A DNA stretch of 64,000 nucleotides from an uncultured delta proteobacterium (GCA_963842215.1 CAWJFQ010000001.1:1030156-1094155); one strand, 5' to 3'; shown: positions 10,390 to 21,892, numbered from the stretch's first letter. Notes: generated by a model from the letters alone, not told the origin. Numbers and translations are program-made.

Positions 10390-11814
10390 TTACAGAGTGT
10401 CCAGGAAGTTCACCAGGTCCTGCTGTTGCGACGTCGATAATGCCTGGAAGGCCTGCGACGCGGCTTTGCCCTGGCCGTCGTGAAGTGAGATTGCAGTCGG
10501 CAGGTCGGGCGCGCGGCCGTCGTGCAGGTAGAGGGATTTGGCGCGTGCGCCCCATAGGGGAGCAGTACGCATCATCATGGGTCCTGCGGTGCCGGAGGTT
10601 ATGCCGTCGCCCAAGGCGCCCATGTTGTGCAAGAGGAAATCGCCGTAGGGATGGAAGGTCTGTTGCGACAGGGCTCGGTTGAGCGTCGAGCTCATCGCAA
10701 TACCGCCCGTCGATTTCGGAATGAATGATGCCGGGTTTGCGGCGGTGGTCAGCGACGGCGTGTGGCATCCGGCACATCCCAGCTGGTTGAACATCGCTGC
10801 GCCGCGCTGTGCCGACGCGTTTTGCGGCAGCGTCGGCGGAGGAGCCAGCGCGCGCATGAAGTCCGAGAACCGGTCGATGTCAGCTTCGCCATCGGGATCG
10901 ATGGTGTCTTCGATACCGGTATCCTCGAGCGCGATGCCGTATTGGTTAACGTCGGTCGCGCAACTGCTCGTGTCGACCGGATTGTCCGGGTTCGAGATTC
11001 CCATCTCATTTAGATATGCGTCGCCGGCGAAAGCGCGCAGGAAGGCATGATCGTCTTTCCATCCGAAGCGCGCGACGTGCGCGGTAGAGAGGAAGTTCTC
11101 TGTGACCATCTTCACCGTGCCCTGCACGGCCTGCGGTTCTTTTTGCGCCAACTGGATCAGGGTCTGATCCGCTACAGCTTCGACCAGACCGTCTCCGAAT
11201 AATGCAAGGGCGGCGCGTCCAACGACGCAGTTGCCGCCGGTTTGGAAGTCCGCGCTGGTCGGATTGCACATAGGCAAGTCGGGGCTGAATGTGGTGCGCG
11301 AGGCTTCCTCCTGCTGGCATGCCGATAGCTGACAGCCAGGAACGGTTATCTGGCATCCGAGCGGCTCAGCCGCCATCCCGCCGGCAAAGATTGGCGTGGT
11401 GCCCTGCATTTGGGGTCCGTTGCGCAGCATATTGTCGACCGCGAAGATGTGTACTGGGCCGGGATCGGTGTTGTTGCGCACGCGTATCTCATCGATGAAG
11501 AGACCGCCGCCGCCAGTGGACGGCTGCGAATGGCATCCGGTGCACGTCGTGCCATTAAACAGTGGTCCGAGTTGCGGCAGCTCCTCGATTTCCTTGAAGT
11601 TGATCTGCCCGGTCGCGAAGATCCCCAGGTCTGAAAGGTTGTTCACCACGGCGGGCAACGGCGCGCCGAAGCCGTCGAGGTTTATGGGGTAGTTGGATTG
11701 CGGTTGCGTCGAGGCGCGCCGATTGGCTGGTCCCGCAAACGCGTTAGGAACGGTTACCGTTGCAAGCGCGCAAACTATCGCGCCCGCTGCTCGAAGAGCG
11801 GTTTGAGTCTTCAC
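10390..11814 (-). CDS. di-haem cytochrome c, DUF1111-like putative oxidoreductase/peroxidase
   Basis: 474 aa with a signal peptide. Two CxxCH haem-binding motifs (CTGCHSQ, CAGCHTP), an RFGWK motif, and a C-terminal LYLHDGRA. Confidence 0.6.
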   Translation of the reverse strand: MKTQTALRAAGAIVCALATVTVPNAFAGPANRRASTQPQSNYPINLDGFGAPLPAVVNNLSDLGIFATGQINFKEIEELPQLGPLFNGTTCTGCHSQPSTGGGGLFIDEIRVRNNTDPGPVHIFAVDNMLRNGPQMQGTTPIFAGGMAAEPLGCQITVPGCQLSACQQEEASRTTFSPDLPMCNPTSADFQTGGNCVVGRAALALFGDGLVEAVADQTLIQLAQKEPQAVQGTVKMVTENFLSTAHVARFGWKDDHAFLRAFAGDAYLNEMGISNPDNPVDTSSCATDVNQYGIALEDTGIEDTIDPDGEADIDRFSDFMRALAPPPTLPQNASAQRGAAMFNQLGCAGCHTPSLTTAANPASFIPKSTGGIAMSSTLNRALSQQTFHPYGDFLLHNMGALGDGITSGTAGPMMMRTAPLWGARAKSLYLHDGRAPDLPTAISLHDGQGKAASQAFQALSTSQQQDLVNFLDTL

Positions 11815-12209
11815 ATCCTGACTCCTTTGCCCGGCTGCGACTGAGTGAATCGCAGGCAGGGCTGTTCCGCGGCGCCCTGCGTTTTAGTTGCGTCGCAAAC
11901 CCGCTGGGCACACATCCACATCTGACTGCCGTCGCTTTTTTCAGCGGCTTAACAGTCACTTCATCGAAAACGGCTATGTCGTTGGCTCATTCAGGGTCGT
12001 TGCGACCCTTCGAGAACATGACTCGGCAGATGAACCGTCAGGCGTACTTAAACACTGTCGCTATAAGATTTCAAGTCTATCAGAGATAAGTTGTCACTCA
12101 TTGTTGATCGTAAATATATGTATCCACATGCACCTATAGGCAATTTTTCACCGGCTATGTTGCAGCGATGCGCTTCAGAATCGGAATAATCGTGACGGCA
12201 ACTGGCCTT

Positions 12210-12563
12210 TTAGTACGCGGAAGGGTTCAGCAAGTCGGGGAGGCGGGCCGTGAACTCGCTGCGGGCGAGCGTCAATTCGCAGCCTGCTTCGCGGGCGGCT
12301 TTCAGTGTTTTCAGGTCCACGTGCGAGGCAAATCCGATCACGCGTGCGTTTGGTGCGGCCGCGCGGACAGTTTTCAGGGTGTCGAGGGCAGGAAAATTCA
12401 GGTCAGAGAGATCTATGAAGACTACCGACGGCAGGATTCGGGCGCATTGTGGAGCGACCGCATCGAGCGAGGACGCGTACTCGACTTCAGCGCCGACGGC
12501 GGCGGCGACTGCGTCTATTTTTGCGCGGAAGAACAGGTCCCGGATGAGTCCCAGTGCGATCAT
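12210..12563 (-). CDS. stand-alone CheY-like receiver-fold protein (putative)
   Basis: 117 aa. Alternating hydrophobic beta-strands with acidic residues (MIALGLIRD, VVFIDLSDL, ARVIGFASH) consistent with a degenerate REC domain. Weak call. Confidence 0.3.
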   Translation of the reverse strand: MIALGLIRDLFFRAKIDAVAAAVGAEVEYASSLDAVAPQCARILPSVVFIDLSDLNFPALDTLKTVRAAAPNARVIGFASHVDLKTLKAAREAGCELTLARSEFTARLPDLLNPSAY

Positions 12564-12582
12564 GACGCTCGAGAGGTTACGT

Positions 12583-13740
12583 TCATATCATGTCGGCGAG
12601 TTTTACCGGACGGGCGGTGCCGTTGCGAAAGCGAGCGGGTGAGAACGGCGCGAGGTCGATCGAAGGCCGGCGACCGCTGACCAGATCGGCGATCACTTCG
12701 CCGGTCAGGGCGGAGAGCAGGATGCCGCTGCGGAAGTGGCCGCCGGCATAGAATACGTTTGCGGCCGTCGGCGACGGGCCGAGCACGGGCAGCAGGTCGT
12801 CGCTGGCAGGGCGTAATCCGGCCCATGCTTCGCGAAAGGGAACCGAGGCAATCGAGGGAACCATCGCGCGCACCGCGCGCAGGATTCGCTCCATCCCATC
12901 AAGCGTGACGGATTTGTTGAAGCCCGCATCCTCGAAAATTGAGCCTGCCAGCAGACGGCCGTCGCGGCGAGGCACCAGGATTCCACCGGCAGAGAATAGC
13001 GAGGGCAAAACCAAGCCGGGGCGCGCGTCGAAGCATAGAATCTGTCCGCGCACCGGATAGAAGTGGAGACGATCCTCCTCGAGACCACGGATGTCGCCCG
13101 CCCAGGCGCCCGCGGCGTTGATGATAACGTCGCCGGTCTCGAGCGAGCCGTCGGCGAGGCGAAGTCCGGTGGCGGTCCCGCTCACGACGTTGACGGAATT
13201 GACGCGGGCGCCCTCGCGGAAGTCGGCGCCGGCATGGGTCGCGGCGTTGATGTACGCGAGGGTGAGTTTGCGATTCTCGACCCGCCAATTGTTGGGCATA
13301 TGCAACGCGCAGACAATTTTTTCCGAGAGCACGGGAGCGAGCTTAAAGGCTTCGCGCGGGGTCAACTCCTCGACTCCGCCGCCGGCCGCGCGCTGCCATC
13401 GCGCACGCGCCTGCAGTTCGGCGCGAGCGGCGTCGTCGAAGGCGACGTAGAGAACGCCGTGATGATCGTACTCGGGATCGACGCCGCTCTCCGCAGTGAG
13501 TCGCTCTACTATCGAGTCAAACGAGCGCTTGCCCGCAAGCGCGAGATCGAAAAAGGCGCCGGGCTCATGCGCCTCGGCCTGCGGGCCAATCAGGCCGGCT
13601 GCCGCCCACGAAGCTTCAAGGCCGAGCCGGCCACGCTCGAAGACGGAGACCTGGACGCCGTCGAAGCGAGCCGCCACGCAATTGAACTGCCGATTATACC
13701 GCCGCCGATTACCAGAGCTTTCACAGCCTTCAAGATTACC
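12583..13740 (-). pseudogene. thiO: glycine oxidase ThiO-like FAD-dependent oxidase, interrupted by a 1-nt frameshift after the Rossmann motif
   Basis: The N-terminal dinucleotide-binding motif KALVIGGGIIGSSIAWRLA is in one minus-strand frame. The rest (…VSVFERGRLGLEASWAAAGLIGPQ … HFRSGILLSALTGEVIADL) is in the adjacent frame. The junction is at about 13663-13678. Confidence 0.65.
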
Positions 13741-13801
13741 GGCGCACCGGCGCAGGTGAAAGCGCGCATTGCGCGAGCCATATTGCAGAAACGCGTCCAC
13801 G

Positions 13802-15376
13802 ATGATTCACTCGCAGCCGTCGTTGAATACCCGAAGCTACTCGCTACTGTCGGCGTCGCGATGGACGGTAATTCTTTCGATCGCGATCGCGACGGCTGAC
13901 AACTTCGCCGATCCGGATCTGTGGGTCCACATGCTGACCGGGCAGACGATTCTCCGCACCGGCCATATTCCGCGATTCGATACATATTCCTACGCCGCGG
14001 CCGGCCTGCCGTGGCACAATCACGAATGGCTGTCGCAGGTCGCGCTGGCCTTCTTCTACGCGCATTTCGGCGTATTCGGCTTGAAGCTTCTAAAAATTCT
14101 GTGCTCGACCGTCATCATAGTGGCGCTGGCGATCGGGATTTCCGCTACCGGTGCGTCGGGCCGGGTGCAACGGCTGACCCTGATACTGAGCGCCGTTGCG
14201 CTGGCGACGCAGATGCAATTTCGTCCTCAGCTATTCAGCTTCATGTTGCTGAGCGTCGTGATTATGGTGCTCGCACTCGAGGTCTATCGTGGCGGCGCGA
14301 GGCTGTGGCCGTTGATTCCGATGTTCGCATTATGGGCCAATTTTCACGGCGGCTATATCGTCGGCCTGGGTGCGATGGGAGTTGCGGCGGCCACTATGTT
14401 TATCCAGGGGTTCGCTGACGCCGGTCGCCAGCGGTCTGCGCTTCGGCTCGGGTTGGTGACGATTGGATGTGCGGCGGCCACGATTCTCAATCCTTTCGGG
14501 GTCGCTTTGTGGACGGGAGTTGCGACTTCGGTCAACGATCCGTTGATTCGACAGACTGTTAATGATTGGGTCCCGCTGCCGAAGATGATGATCCACGAGT
14601 GGCGGGAATCAAAACCGCAAACGCTACAGTATGTTACCCCTTTGCTGATGTTCGCCGGGCTGCTCGCGACTTTTGCGATGGCTCCCGAACTCGGCGACGC
14701 GCCGTTGGTAGCGGTCGCCGCTATCTTCATCGGGGCGGCATTCTGGGCGTCGCGTAACGTCGCTCTCGCGGTCATCGCGGTCGCGATTCCGCTGGCGCGT
14801 CACGCGACGCTGGCGCTGGAAGCTGTGCCGCCTGCCGGCCGTTTGCAGACTCTCGAGGCCGCGCAATCTTCTGCCGACGACGGGCCACCGGCGGCGCTGC
14901 TGGCGATTTTCGCGCTAGTGCTCGTGCTGGTCGGTGGCACTTTCTCAAATCGCCTCGAGACCTGGCGGCCGGTGCCGCGGGACGCGGTCGCGTTCATGCA
15001 GCAGCATGGTCTCCATGGCAACGTCCTTTGCCAGTTCGAATGGGGCTCCTACCTGATGTGGCATATGGGCGACGCGATCAAGGTGTTCGTAGATCCGCGG
15101 GGCGAGCTGGTCTATCCGGAGAGTGTGCGGCGTCAGTACGCGATTTTCTTTTACGGGATGGACGGAGCGGATAGTCTGCTTGAGAAATATCCGCACGATT
15201 TCGTGTTGATCGGCACGCAGACCAAGGCCTGCCAGGTCGTCATGAAAGACCCGCGCTGGCATTTGATTTATCGCGATACGACCGCGGCGTTGTTTGCGCG
15301 CGCCACGATCCCGGGCATGACGACAGTCGCAGCCGACGCCCCGAACCGCACCCCGAGCGAGACCTATTTTCCTTGA
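13802..15376 (+). CDS. polytopic membrane protein, putative GT-C-fold glycosyltransferase
   Basis: About 525 aa with roughly 10 TM helices. An early periplasmic acidic loop (ADNFADPDLWVH) and a C-terminal soluble domain. The architecture is reminiscent of ArnT/PMT-like transferases, but no specific family is recognised. Confidence 0.35.
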   Translation: MIHSQPSLNTRSYSLLSASRWTVILSIAIATADNFADPDLWVHMLTGQTILRTGHIPRFDTYSYAAAGLPWHNHEWLSQVALAFFYAHFGVFGLKLLKILCSTVIIVALAIGISATGASGRVQRLTLILSAVALATQMQFRPQLFSFMLLSVVIMVLALEVYRGGARLWPLIPMFALWANFHGGYIVGLGAMGVAAATMFIQGFADAGRQRSALRLGLVTIGCAAATILNPFGVALWTGVATSVNDPLIRQTVNDWVPLPKMMIHEWRESKPQTLQYVTPLLMFAGLLATFAMAPELGDAPLVAVAAIFIGAAFWASRNVALAVIAVAIPLARHATLALEAVPPAGRLQTLEAAQSSADDGPPAALLAIFALVLVLVGGTFSNRLETWRPVPRDAVAFMQQHGLHGNVLCQFEWGSYLMWHMGDAIKVFVDPRGELVYPESVRRQYAIFFYGMDGADSLLEKYPHDFVLIGTQTKACQVVMKDPRWHLIYRDTTAALFARATIPGMTTVAADAPNRTPSETYFP

Positions 15377-15413
15377 GGCGCCGAGTGATAAATCTCGTGG
15401 CAGCGGAGGCCGC

Positions 15414-16571
15414 ATGGCGCGACTTATCAAAGGACTCGAAACCAAGCTGATTCACGCCGGCGAGCCGGAGCCATTGATCGGCGGCGCCGTTACGATGCCG
15501 ATTTTTCAATCCTCGACCTTCGAGTACGCAGGCCAGACCAGCTATCACGACCTGCGCTACATCCGGCTGAACAACACGCCCAATCAGAAGGTGCTGCACG
15601 CCAAGCTGGCTGCGCTCGAAAATGCGGAGGCGGCGCTGGTAGCGGGCAGCGGCATGTCGGCGATCTCTGCCGCGCTATTCACGGTGCTCGCTGGCGGCGG
15701 ACATCTGCTGGCGCAGGACTGCGTGTACGGTGGCACGCATGACCTGTTCGTCGAGGAGTTCCCGCGCCACGGGATGGCGGTGGATTTCGTTGACGGCGAT
15801 GAGCCCGCTACCTGGCGCGAGGCGATTCGTCCCAACACCAAGGCAATCTACGTCGAGGCGATGTCGAATCCATTGCTGCAGGTCAGCGATTTGCACGCGG
15901 CAGTGGAGTTCGCGGCGGAGAATGGGCTGGTCTCGATCATCGACAACACCTTTGCCAGTCCGATTAATTTTCGGCCCACCGAAATCGGCTTCGATTTGTC
16001 GCTGCATAGCGGGACCAAGTATCTCAATGGGCATACCGATATCGTGGCCGGCGCGGTGATCGGAAGGGCGGACCTGGTCGAGAGCATCACGCATACGATG
16101 AACCATCTTGGCGGCAGCCTGGATCCGCACGCCTGCTTCCTGCTGCATCGCGGGATCAAGACGCTTGCCGTGCGAGTACGCCATCAGAATGAGAGCGCAC
16201 TCAAGCTTGCGCGCTGGCTCGAGCAGCATCGCGCGGTCGCGCACGTGAACTATCCCGGGCTGGAGAGCCATCCGAATCATCTGCGCGCATGCGAACTGTT
16301 CGACGGCTTCGGCGGGGTACTGAGTTTCGAGCTGCTTGGCGGGCTGGATGCGTCCAGTCGTTTCATGGATCGCGTGACGATACCGATAAGTGCGCCAAGT
16401 CTCGGCGGAGTCGAGACATTGATCACGCGGCCGGCGACGACTTCGCATTTGGGAATGTCGGCGGCGGAGCGCGCAAGGGCTGGAATTGGCGACGGGCTCG
16501 TCCGGCTGTCGGTTGGGTTGGAATCGAGCGACGACCTGCTGGACGATTTCGAGACGGCACTCGGCACATGA
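15414..16571 (+). CDS. PLP-dependent trans-sulfuration enzyme (cystathionine gamma-synthase / beta-lyase, MetB/MetC/MetZ family)
   Basis: 385 aa. The N-terminal region (TKLIHAGEPEPLIGGAVTMPIFQSSTFEY) and an SGTKYLNGH-type PLP-lysine region are typical of the Cys/Met metabolism PLP family. Confidence 0.75.
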   Translation: MARLIKGLETKLIHAGEPEPLIGGAVTMPIFQSSTFEYAGQTSYHDLRYIRLNNTPNQKVLHAKLAALENAEAALVAGSGMSAISAALFTVLAGGGHLLAQDCVYGGTHDLFVEEFPRHGMAVDFVDGDEPATWREAIRPNTKAIYVEAMSNPLLQVSDLHAAVEFAAENGLVSIIDNTFASPINFRPTEIGFDLSLHSGTKYLNGHTDIVAGAVIGRADLVESITHTMNHLGGSLDPHACFLLHRGIKTLAVRVRHQNESALKLARWLEQHRAVAHVNYPGLESHPNHLRACELFDGFGGVLSFELLGGLDASSRFMDRVTIPISAPSLGGVETLITRPATTSHLGMSAAERARAGIGDGLVRLSVGLESSDDLLDDFETALGT

Positions 16572-16824
16572 TCGATGCGCTCAGCTGACACTATTAGTTC
16601 GAACTTTTTCCATTTTAGAATTTCTCATCGTCGAAGCTTCGTTCGGTCCTGAATAAGCGCCTCGAATAGCGCGTCCACCGATCAGATGCCCACGCAGAGT
16701 CGCGATGAGAACGCACTCTGCAGATCACTCCCCTCCCGGAGCGTCCCGTAGCGGCTCGCTTAGGGCATCCAAAAAATTAACCCGGCCGAAGCCTCGGCTT
16801 CAGCAACAGGAACAGGAGGCAAAC

Positions 16825-18168
16825 ATGCTGAAAGGAAGTCGTGTGTCCAGTCGTCGCCCGGTGTCGATGCTCGCGTTTCTCATCGCCACAGCTGTCGCAT
16901 TTGCGCTCGCGCCGCCTTTCGCTGACGCCGCGGTAACAGCGCCCACAACTGTCAAACCGGGCGATCACATTACTGTGCAGAACGCTTACAAGGTAAAGGA
17001 TCTCGTTTCTCCTGGTGTCTACTACAAGGTGGAACGCGGGATGACGATGGACGTGGTGCCGACCTCGATAGTCCAGTGGCCGCCGCCGTATCGCGACGCG
17101 ACCGAGAAATATGCCGAGCAGGTCAGGCTCTCGCCGGACGGCCGAACCATGGTCAACTACGTCGCGGGACAGCCGTTTCCGTTTGTCGATCCAAACGACC
17201 CGCACGTCGCGGCGAAAATAATGTGGGACAACGCCTTTCGGCCGATCACTTCGGATGACTACGATCTGCGCTACTACGACTGCGACGATGTGTACACCGG
17301 ACTGAACAAGCCGTACCGGGTGATCGACTATTTTCAGATCGGTCACTACGCCGGCTATGACGAAGTCGGGCGCACCGAAGTAGAGCCGCTACCAATCGAT
17401 CCGGACTTCCAGAAGACCGGTCGATATTGGCTGTTCGCGCTATACCCGATCCTGGCGCCTGAGAATCTGCGCGGTGGCGGCTTCATCCGCTATCGTTATG
17501 CGCAGCCGACGAAGGCCGACGATATATGGCAGTGGACTCCGGGTACGCGCAGGCTGCGGCGGATCAACGAGGGCATCATGAGTGATGCGGTGGCAGCCGG
17601 CGGCAATCCGACCGCATTCGATCCCGATCATTATTCCGGCTTTAACGCGAAGATCGAAGAGTACAACTACAGGCTGCTCGGGCAGAAGACGATGCTGGCC
17701 TCGGTGCACGCCAAGCATTCGCCGGAGATAACCTGCGCTACCGACGGCGGCGCGAGTGCATGCCCTGAGAACTGGGAGCTTCGTTCGGTGTACATCGTGG
17801 AGACCACGCCACGATGGAAAACCATCAACGCGCAGGCGCTGCATGCCAAGTCAATTTTGTACATTGACGGCGAGATGTGGTTTGAACCGTACGTGGACGA
17901 ATACGACGCGAACGGAGAGCTGTGGCAGAACCACATTTACTGGCTGACTTACAGAGACAGGCCGGTGCCCGACGCACGCGTCGCGATCTATCCGTTCAAG
18001 CGCGAGTTCGTCGTGGGCGCCGCCTCGACCGACGTGCAATCCGGCATGAGCACGATGTGCTATCTGCCGGGACAAAACACGCCTGAGCGTGAGTGCTGGT
18101 ACATCAATATGGGCGGAGTCGATCGGAGCTTCTTCACTACCGAATCGATGGTGAGAGCAGCCCCGTAG
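16825..18168 (+). CDS. secreted DUF1329-like protein
   Basis: AGGAGG ribosome-binding site 6 nt upstream, then a signal peptide MLKGSRVSSRRPVSMLAFLIATAVAFALA. About 450 aa of soluble domain resembling the proteobacterial DUF1329 (LolA-like) family. Confidence 0.45.
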   Translation: MLKGSRVSSRRPVSMLAFLIATAVAFALAPPFADAAVTAPTTVKPGDHITVQNAYKVKDLVSPGVYYKVERGMTMDVVPTSIVQWPPPYRDATEKYAEQVRLSPDGRTMVNYVAGQPFPFVDPNDPHVAAKIMWDNAFRPITSDDYDLRYYDCDDVYTGLNKPYRVIDYFQIGHYAGYDEVGRTEVEPLPIDPDFQKTGRYWLFALYPILAPENLRGGGFIRYRYAQPTKADDIWQWTPGTRRLRRINEGIMSDAVAAGGNPTAFDPDHYSGFNAKIEEYNYRLLGQKTMLASVHAKHSPEITCATDGGASACPENWELRSVYIVETTPRWKTINAQALHAKSILYIDGEMWFEPYVDEYDANGELWQNHIYWLTYRDRPVPDARVAIYPFKREFVVGAASTDVQSGMSTMCYLPGQNTPERECWYINMGGVDRSFFTTESMVRAAP

Positions 18169-18355
18169 TTGAATGTGAACCGCCTCGCGACCGCGCGGAT
18201 TTCCGCGCGGTCGCGCCCTTCCGGCGGATCACCAGACCGTTTTGGGACAGCATTGGCGACAGCGTAGAGATTCGGCGGCGAGAGCCAATAGTAGACTGCG
18301 ATAGCGAGCCGCTGGCGCAGAGTTTAAGGGCATTGGACTTGCTTGCTCCGGCAGT

Positions 18356-21300
18356 GTGGAGAGTCAGATCGATCCGTCCGTCGACGGCTTGAGGATTGGC
18401 GCGCTGCGCACCGTCAACGGCGCGTCTGCGCCTGCCGACGGCGCTGATAGAGAATCGGTGCCCGGTGCTAACTACAGACTCACGCTCCTGATGGGCGCTC
18501 GAGACAGTTCCGCCAAAGTATCGGCGCTGCGCACCGGCAGCCTGGCCGTGCTTGCTTTTCAAGTCGGATACACGCTGCTCGACCGCGTCGAGTATCCCTT
18601 GAGTTTCGCAAGAACAGTCCCGCTCAACGTCGCCGGGATGGTCGTGGGGATGGTTGCGTTGATGACGACGACGTCGCCGCGCGCGATGCGAAACTGGCGA
18701 GAGCTCACGCTGGCAACCATTGCTGCGACTATAGCGAGCGTCGCATGGATTGCGGCGATCAACAGCGACAGCGACGTGCTGGTCGCGTCGATCCTGATGT
18801 TTTCTTTCAGTGCCGGCGCGTTGAGTCCGTGGAGCCCACGTTGGCAAGCCGCATTGGAGGCGTGCGCAGCAATTGCGCTGCTTGGATACTCGATATGGAC
18901 GGCGGATCCGAATCCGCGTATCGCGATCGCGTGGACGATGGTGCTGACGGCGGCGATCTTGTCGATTCTGAGCTCGGTTCATGGCGCGCGCTATCGTCAG
19001 AAACTGGCCGAGCACCTGTCGGCGCTCGCTGAGAACAGCCGGATGCTCAGACGCGAGATGGATCTGAGCGCCGAAGTCGCCGCCGCGCGCGGGCGCGACC
19101 TGGTTCTGCTGAAGGCGAGCGAAGCGATGCTGCGCACGTTCTTCGAGGCCTCACCCGACAATATCGCGGTCAATAGCCTGAGCGACGGCCGGTTTATCGC
19201 GGTCAACGACGACTACATGGTAGCGGGTTACACGCGCGACGAGGTGATGGCGTCGAGCGTGATCGCGCTGCGGATGTGGCCGAGCGCGGAAGATATGACC
19301 CGGTTTATCCGGACCATTCAACAAACCGGGCGTGTCAAAAACATGGAAGTCCAGCAGCGCCACAAGGACGGCACGATCGAGAACTACCTGATCTCGGCTT
19401 CGGTGGTCGAAGTGAAAGGCGAACAATGTGTGATTTCGATGACCCACGACATCACGCAGATGAAGCGGTTCGAGACCAGGCTGCTGGCCAGCCACGTCGC
19501 ATTGCGCAAGGTTTTCGACGCGACCCTGGACGTAATCGTGGTGACGCGGCTGTCGGACGGCAAGAGTATCGATTTCAATCAGCAGTTCAAGCGGCTGGGT
19601 TACGGGCAAAAGGACCTCGACGATTGGAGCGCGGGAAAAGGACAGATCTGGTCCAACGCGGCGCAGCATCGGAAGTTTCGCGAGCAGGTGGTGGCCGACG
19701 GCGTCGTACGTAACATGGAGGCCGATTTCAATCTCCCTGGCGGTGGCCAGATGCCAGGCCTGGTCTCCGCGGTGCGAATCGAACTCGAAGGCGAAGACTG
19801 CGTAGTCACGATGGTTCGCGACCTGACGGCGGCGAAGCAGGCGTCGCGCACGCTGGAAGAAGGTATCAAGGCGCTGCGGGCGAGCGAGGAAACGCTCCGC
19901 AGGTTGTTTGACGCCAACCTGGATGGCATGACGTTGAACGGAGTCGATGGGACCTACATTGACGTCAACCAGGAGTTTTGCCGCACCACCGGTTTCACGC
20001 GCGAGGAAGCGGTCGGTCATCATGTCTCCGAACTCAAAATGTGGATTCATCCGGAGGAAATGATCGCCTTCAGAGATCAACTTGTCAGGACCAACGAAGT
20101 CCGCAACCTCGAAGTGACGTTCCGCCGCAAGGACGGCGTGGAACGCCCGGCACTAATCTCGGCGGTAAACCTGGAGCTGCAGGGGCAGCTCTGCTGCCTG
20201 ACGATCGCGCGCGAAATATCCGACCTGAAGATGACGCAACGCGAGCTGGTGAGCGCACGCGAGGCGGCGCTGGCAGCGTCTCGCGCGAAGTCTGAGTTTC
20301 TGTCGAGCATGTCGCACGAGATTCGCACGCCGATGAATGCGATCCTCGGGATGGCCGAGCTGCTGATGGAAACGGAGCTCGGCGACGAGCAGCGTAGATA
20401 TCTGAGCACCGTCATCAGCAACAGCTACGCGCTGCTCGAACTGATCAACAGCATCCTCGATCTTGCCAAGGTCGAGAGCGGGCGGCTCAGCCTCGAGACG
20501 GTTGAATTCAATCTCAAGGACGTGACCGAGAAGGTGCTCGAGACGCTGGCGATTCGAGCGCATGAGAGAGGACTCGAGCTGATGGTACGGTTTACGCCCG
20601 AGGTGCCGGAGTTCGCGCTTGGCGATCCATTGAGGCTCGGCCAAATCCTGATCAACCTGATCGGCAACGCGATCAAGTTCACGCACACTGGACAGGTGCT
20701 GGTCTCGGTGGCGCGCGACGCGGATTCGACGGACGCGAGCGCCGTCAAGTTCACGGTGACCGACACGGGCATCGGAATTTCGGCCGACAAGATCCACCTA
20801 TTGTTCGAAGCATTCAGCCAGGCCGATTCTTCCACGTCTCGCAAATACGGCGGCAGCGGGCTCGGGCTGGCGATCGTGTCGCGCCTGGTAGCGCTGATGC
20901 ACGGCAAAGTCGCGGTGGCAAGCGAGCCGGGCGGGGGAAGCGCGTTTTCATTTACCGCGCTATTCGGGACTGCAAACTCGACTCAATCGATGCCGCGCAC
21001 CCGGGCATTCGAGGCTTTCCGAATTCTACTGGTCGATGACAACGCCGAGAGTCGATCGATCATTTCGGAACTGCTTTCGGCGCAGGGCGCAGAGATGACC
21101 CAGGCGTCGTCGGGAGAGGAAGCGCTGGCAGAGCTTGGGCGCGGCGCTTTTGAGATCATACTGCTCGACAACACGATGCCGGCGCAGCGCGGATTCGACG
21201 TCGCAAAGCAATTAGTAAACGGCGGGCGCGATCCGCTGCAAATAGTGATGATGCTATGCACCAACGATTTGAGCAGCGAAGTTGCACGCCTGCGCGCTTT

Positions 21301-21892
21301 GGGAGTCGACAACTATATTGTCAAACCGGTGCGCCGCGCTGAGTTGTTCAAGGCGGTCCAGCTGGCGGGCGGGCGAGAGCAAGTCGCACCACGCCCCAAC
21401 GGGTTGGCGCGGCAAGTAATCGCGCCGCCGTCGAGTTTGCCGGCAATCCTCGAGCGGCCACTTGAGATTCTCATCGCCGACGATTCGCCCGACAACCGAG
21501 CGCTGATTCGCGCATACCTGAAAAAAACGCCCTACCGCCTGGAGGAAGCGGAGGATGGCGAGGAGGCCATCAAAAAATTCATCGCCGGCAAGTTCGACCT
21601 GGTGCTGATGGACATACAAATGCCGATCGTCGACGGCTACCAAGCCACCAGCACGATCCGAGGCTGGGAGCGGGCGAATAATCGCCGCCGCACTCCGATC
21701 GTCGCGCTGACAGCGTCGGCGCTGGAGGAAGCGGTGCATCGCAGCAGGGATGCGGGATGTGACACGCATGTGACCAAGCCGGTCAAGAAATCGACTCTGC
21801 TTCACGCGATTCGCAATGCGATCGAAGTGAACGAGTTGAGTGTAGAACGTGCGAGAGTTGCCGACTTAAAGGAGGAGATGTGCCGGACCTAG
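18356..21892 (+). CDS. hybrid sensor histidine kinase (TM region, multiple PAS/PAC, HisKA, HATPase_c, two REC domains)
   Basis: 1178 aa. H-box SHEIRTPMNAILGMAELL, G-boxes in the HATPase region, and two receiver domains (ILLVDDNAESRS…, ILIADDSPDNRA… with conserved D and K). Confidence 0.85.
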   Translation: MESQIDPSVDGLRIGALRTVNGASAPADGADRESVPGANYRLTLLMGARDSSAKVSALRTGSLAVLAFQVGYTLLDRVEYPLSFARTVPLNVAGMVVGMVALMTTTSPRAMRNWRELTLATIAATIASVAWIAAINSDSDVLVASILMFSFSAGALSPWSPRWQAALEACAAIALLGYSIWTADPNPRIAIAWTMVLTAAILSILSSVHGARYRQKLAEHLSALAENSRMLRREMDLSAEVAAARGRDLVLLKASEAMLRTFFEASPDNIAVNSLSDGRFIAVNDDYMVAGYTRDEVMASSVIALRMWPSAEDMTRFIRTIQQTGRVKNMEVQQRHKDGTIENYLISASVVEVKGEQCVISMTHDITQMKRFETRLLASHVALRKVFDATLDVIVVTRLSDGKSIDFNQQFKRLGYGQKDLDDWSAGKGQIWSNAAQHRKFREQVVADGVVRNMEADFNLPGGGQMPGLVSAVRIELEGEDCVVTMVRDLTAAKQASRTLEEGIKALRASEETLRRLFDANLDGMTLNGVDGTYIDVNQEFCRTTGFTREEAVGHHVSELKMWIHPEEMIAFRDQLVRTNEVRNLEVTFRRKDGVERPALISAVNLELQGQLCCLTIAREISDLKMTQRELVSAREAALAASRAKSEFLSSMSHEIRTPMNAILGMAELLMETELGDEQRRYLSTVISNSYALLELINSILDLAKVESGRLSLETVEFNLKDVTEKVLETLAIRAHERGLELMVRFTPEVPEFALGDPLRLGQILINLIGNAIKFTHTGQVLVSVARDADSTDASAVKFTVTDTGIGISADKIHLLFEAFSQADSSTSRKYGGSGLGLAIVSRLVALMHGKVAVASEPGGGSAFSFTALFGTANSTQSMPRTRAFEAFRILLVDDNAESRSIISELLSAQGAEMTQASSGEEALAELGRGAFEIILLDNTMPAQRGFDVAKQLVNGGRDPLQIVMMLCTNDLSSEVARLRALGVDNYIVKPVRRAELFKAVQLAGGREQVAPRPNGLARQVIAPPSSLPAILERPLEILIADDSPDNRALIRAYLKKTPYRLEEAEDGEEAIKKFIAGKFDLVLMDIQMPIVDGYQATSTIRGWERANNRRRTPIVALTASALEEAVHRSRDAGCDTHVTKPVKKSTLLHAIRNAIEVNELSVERARVADLKEEMCRT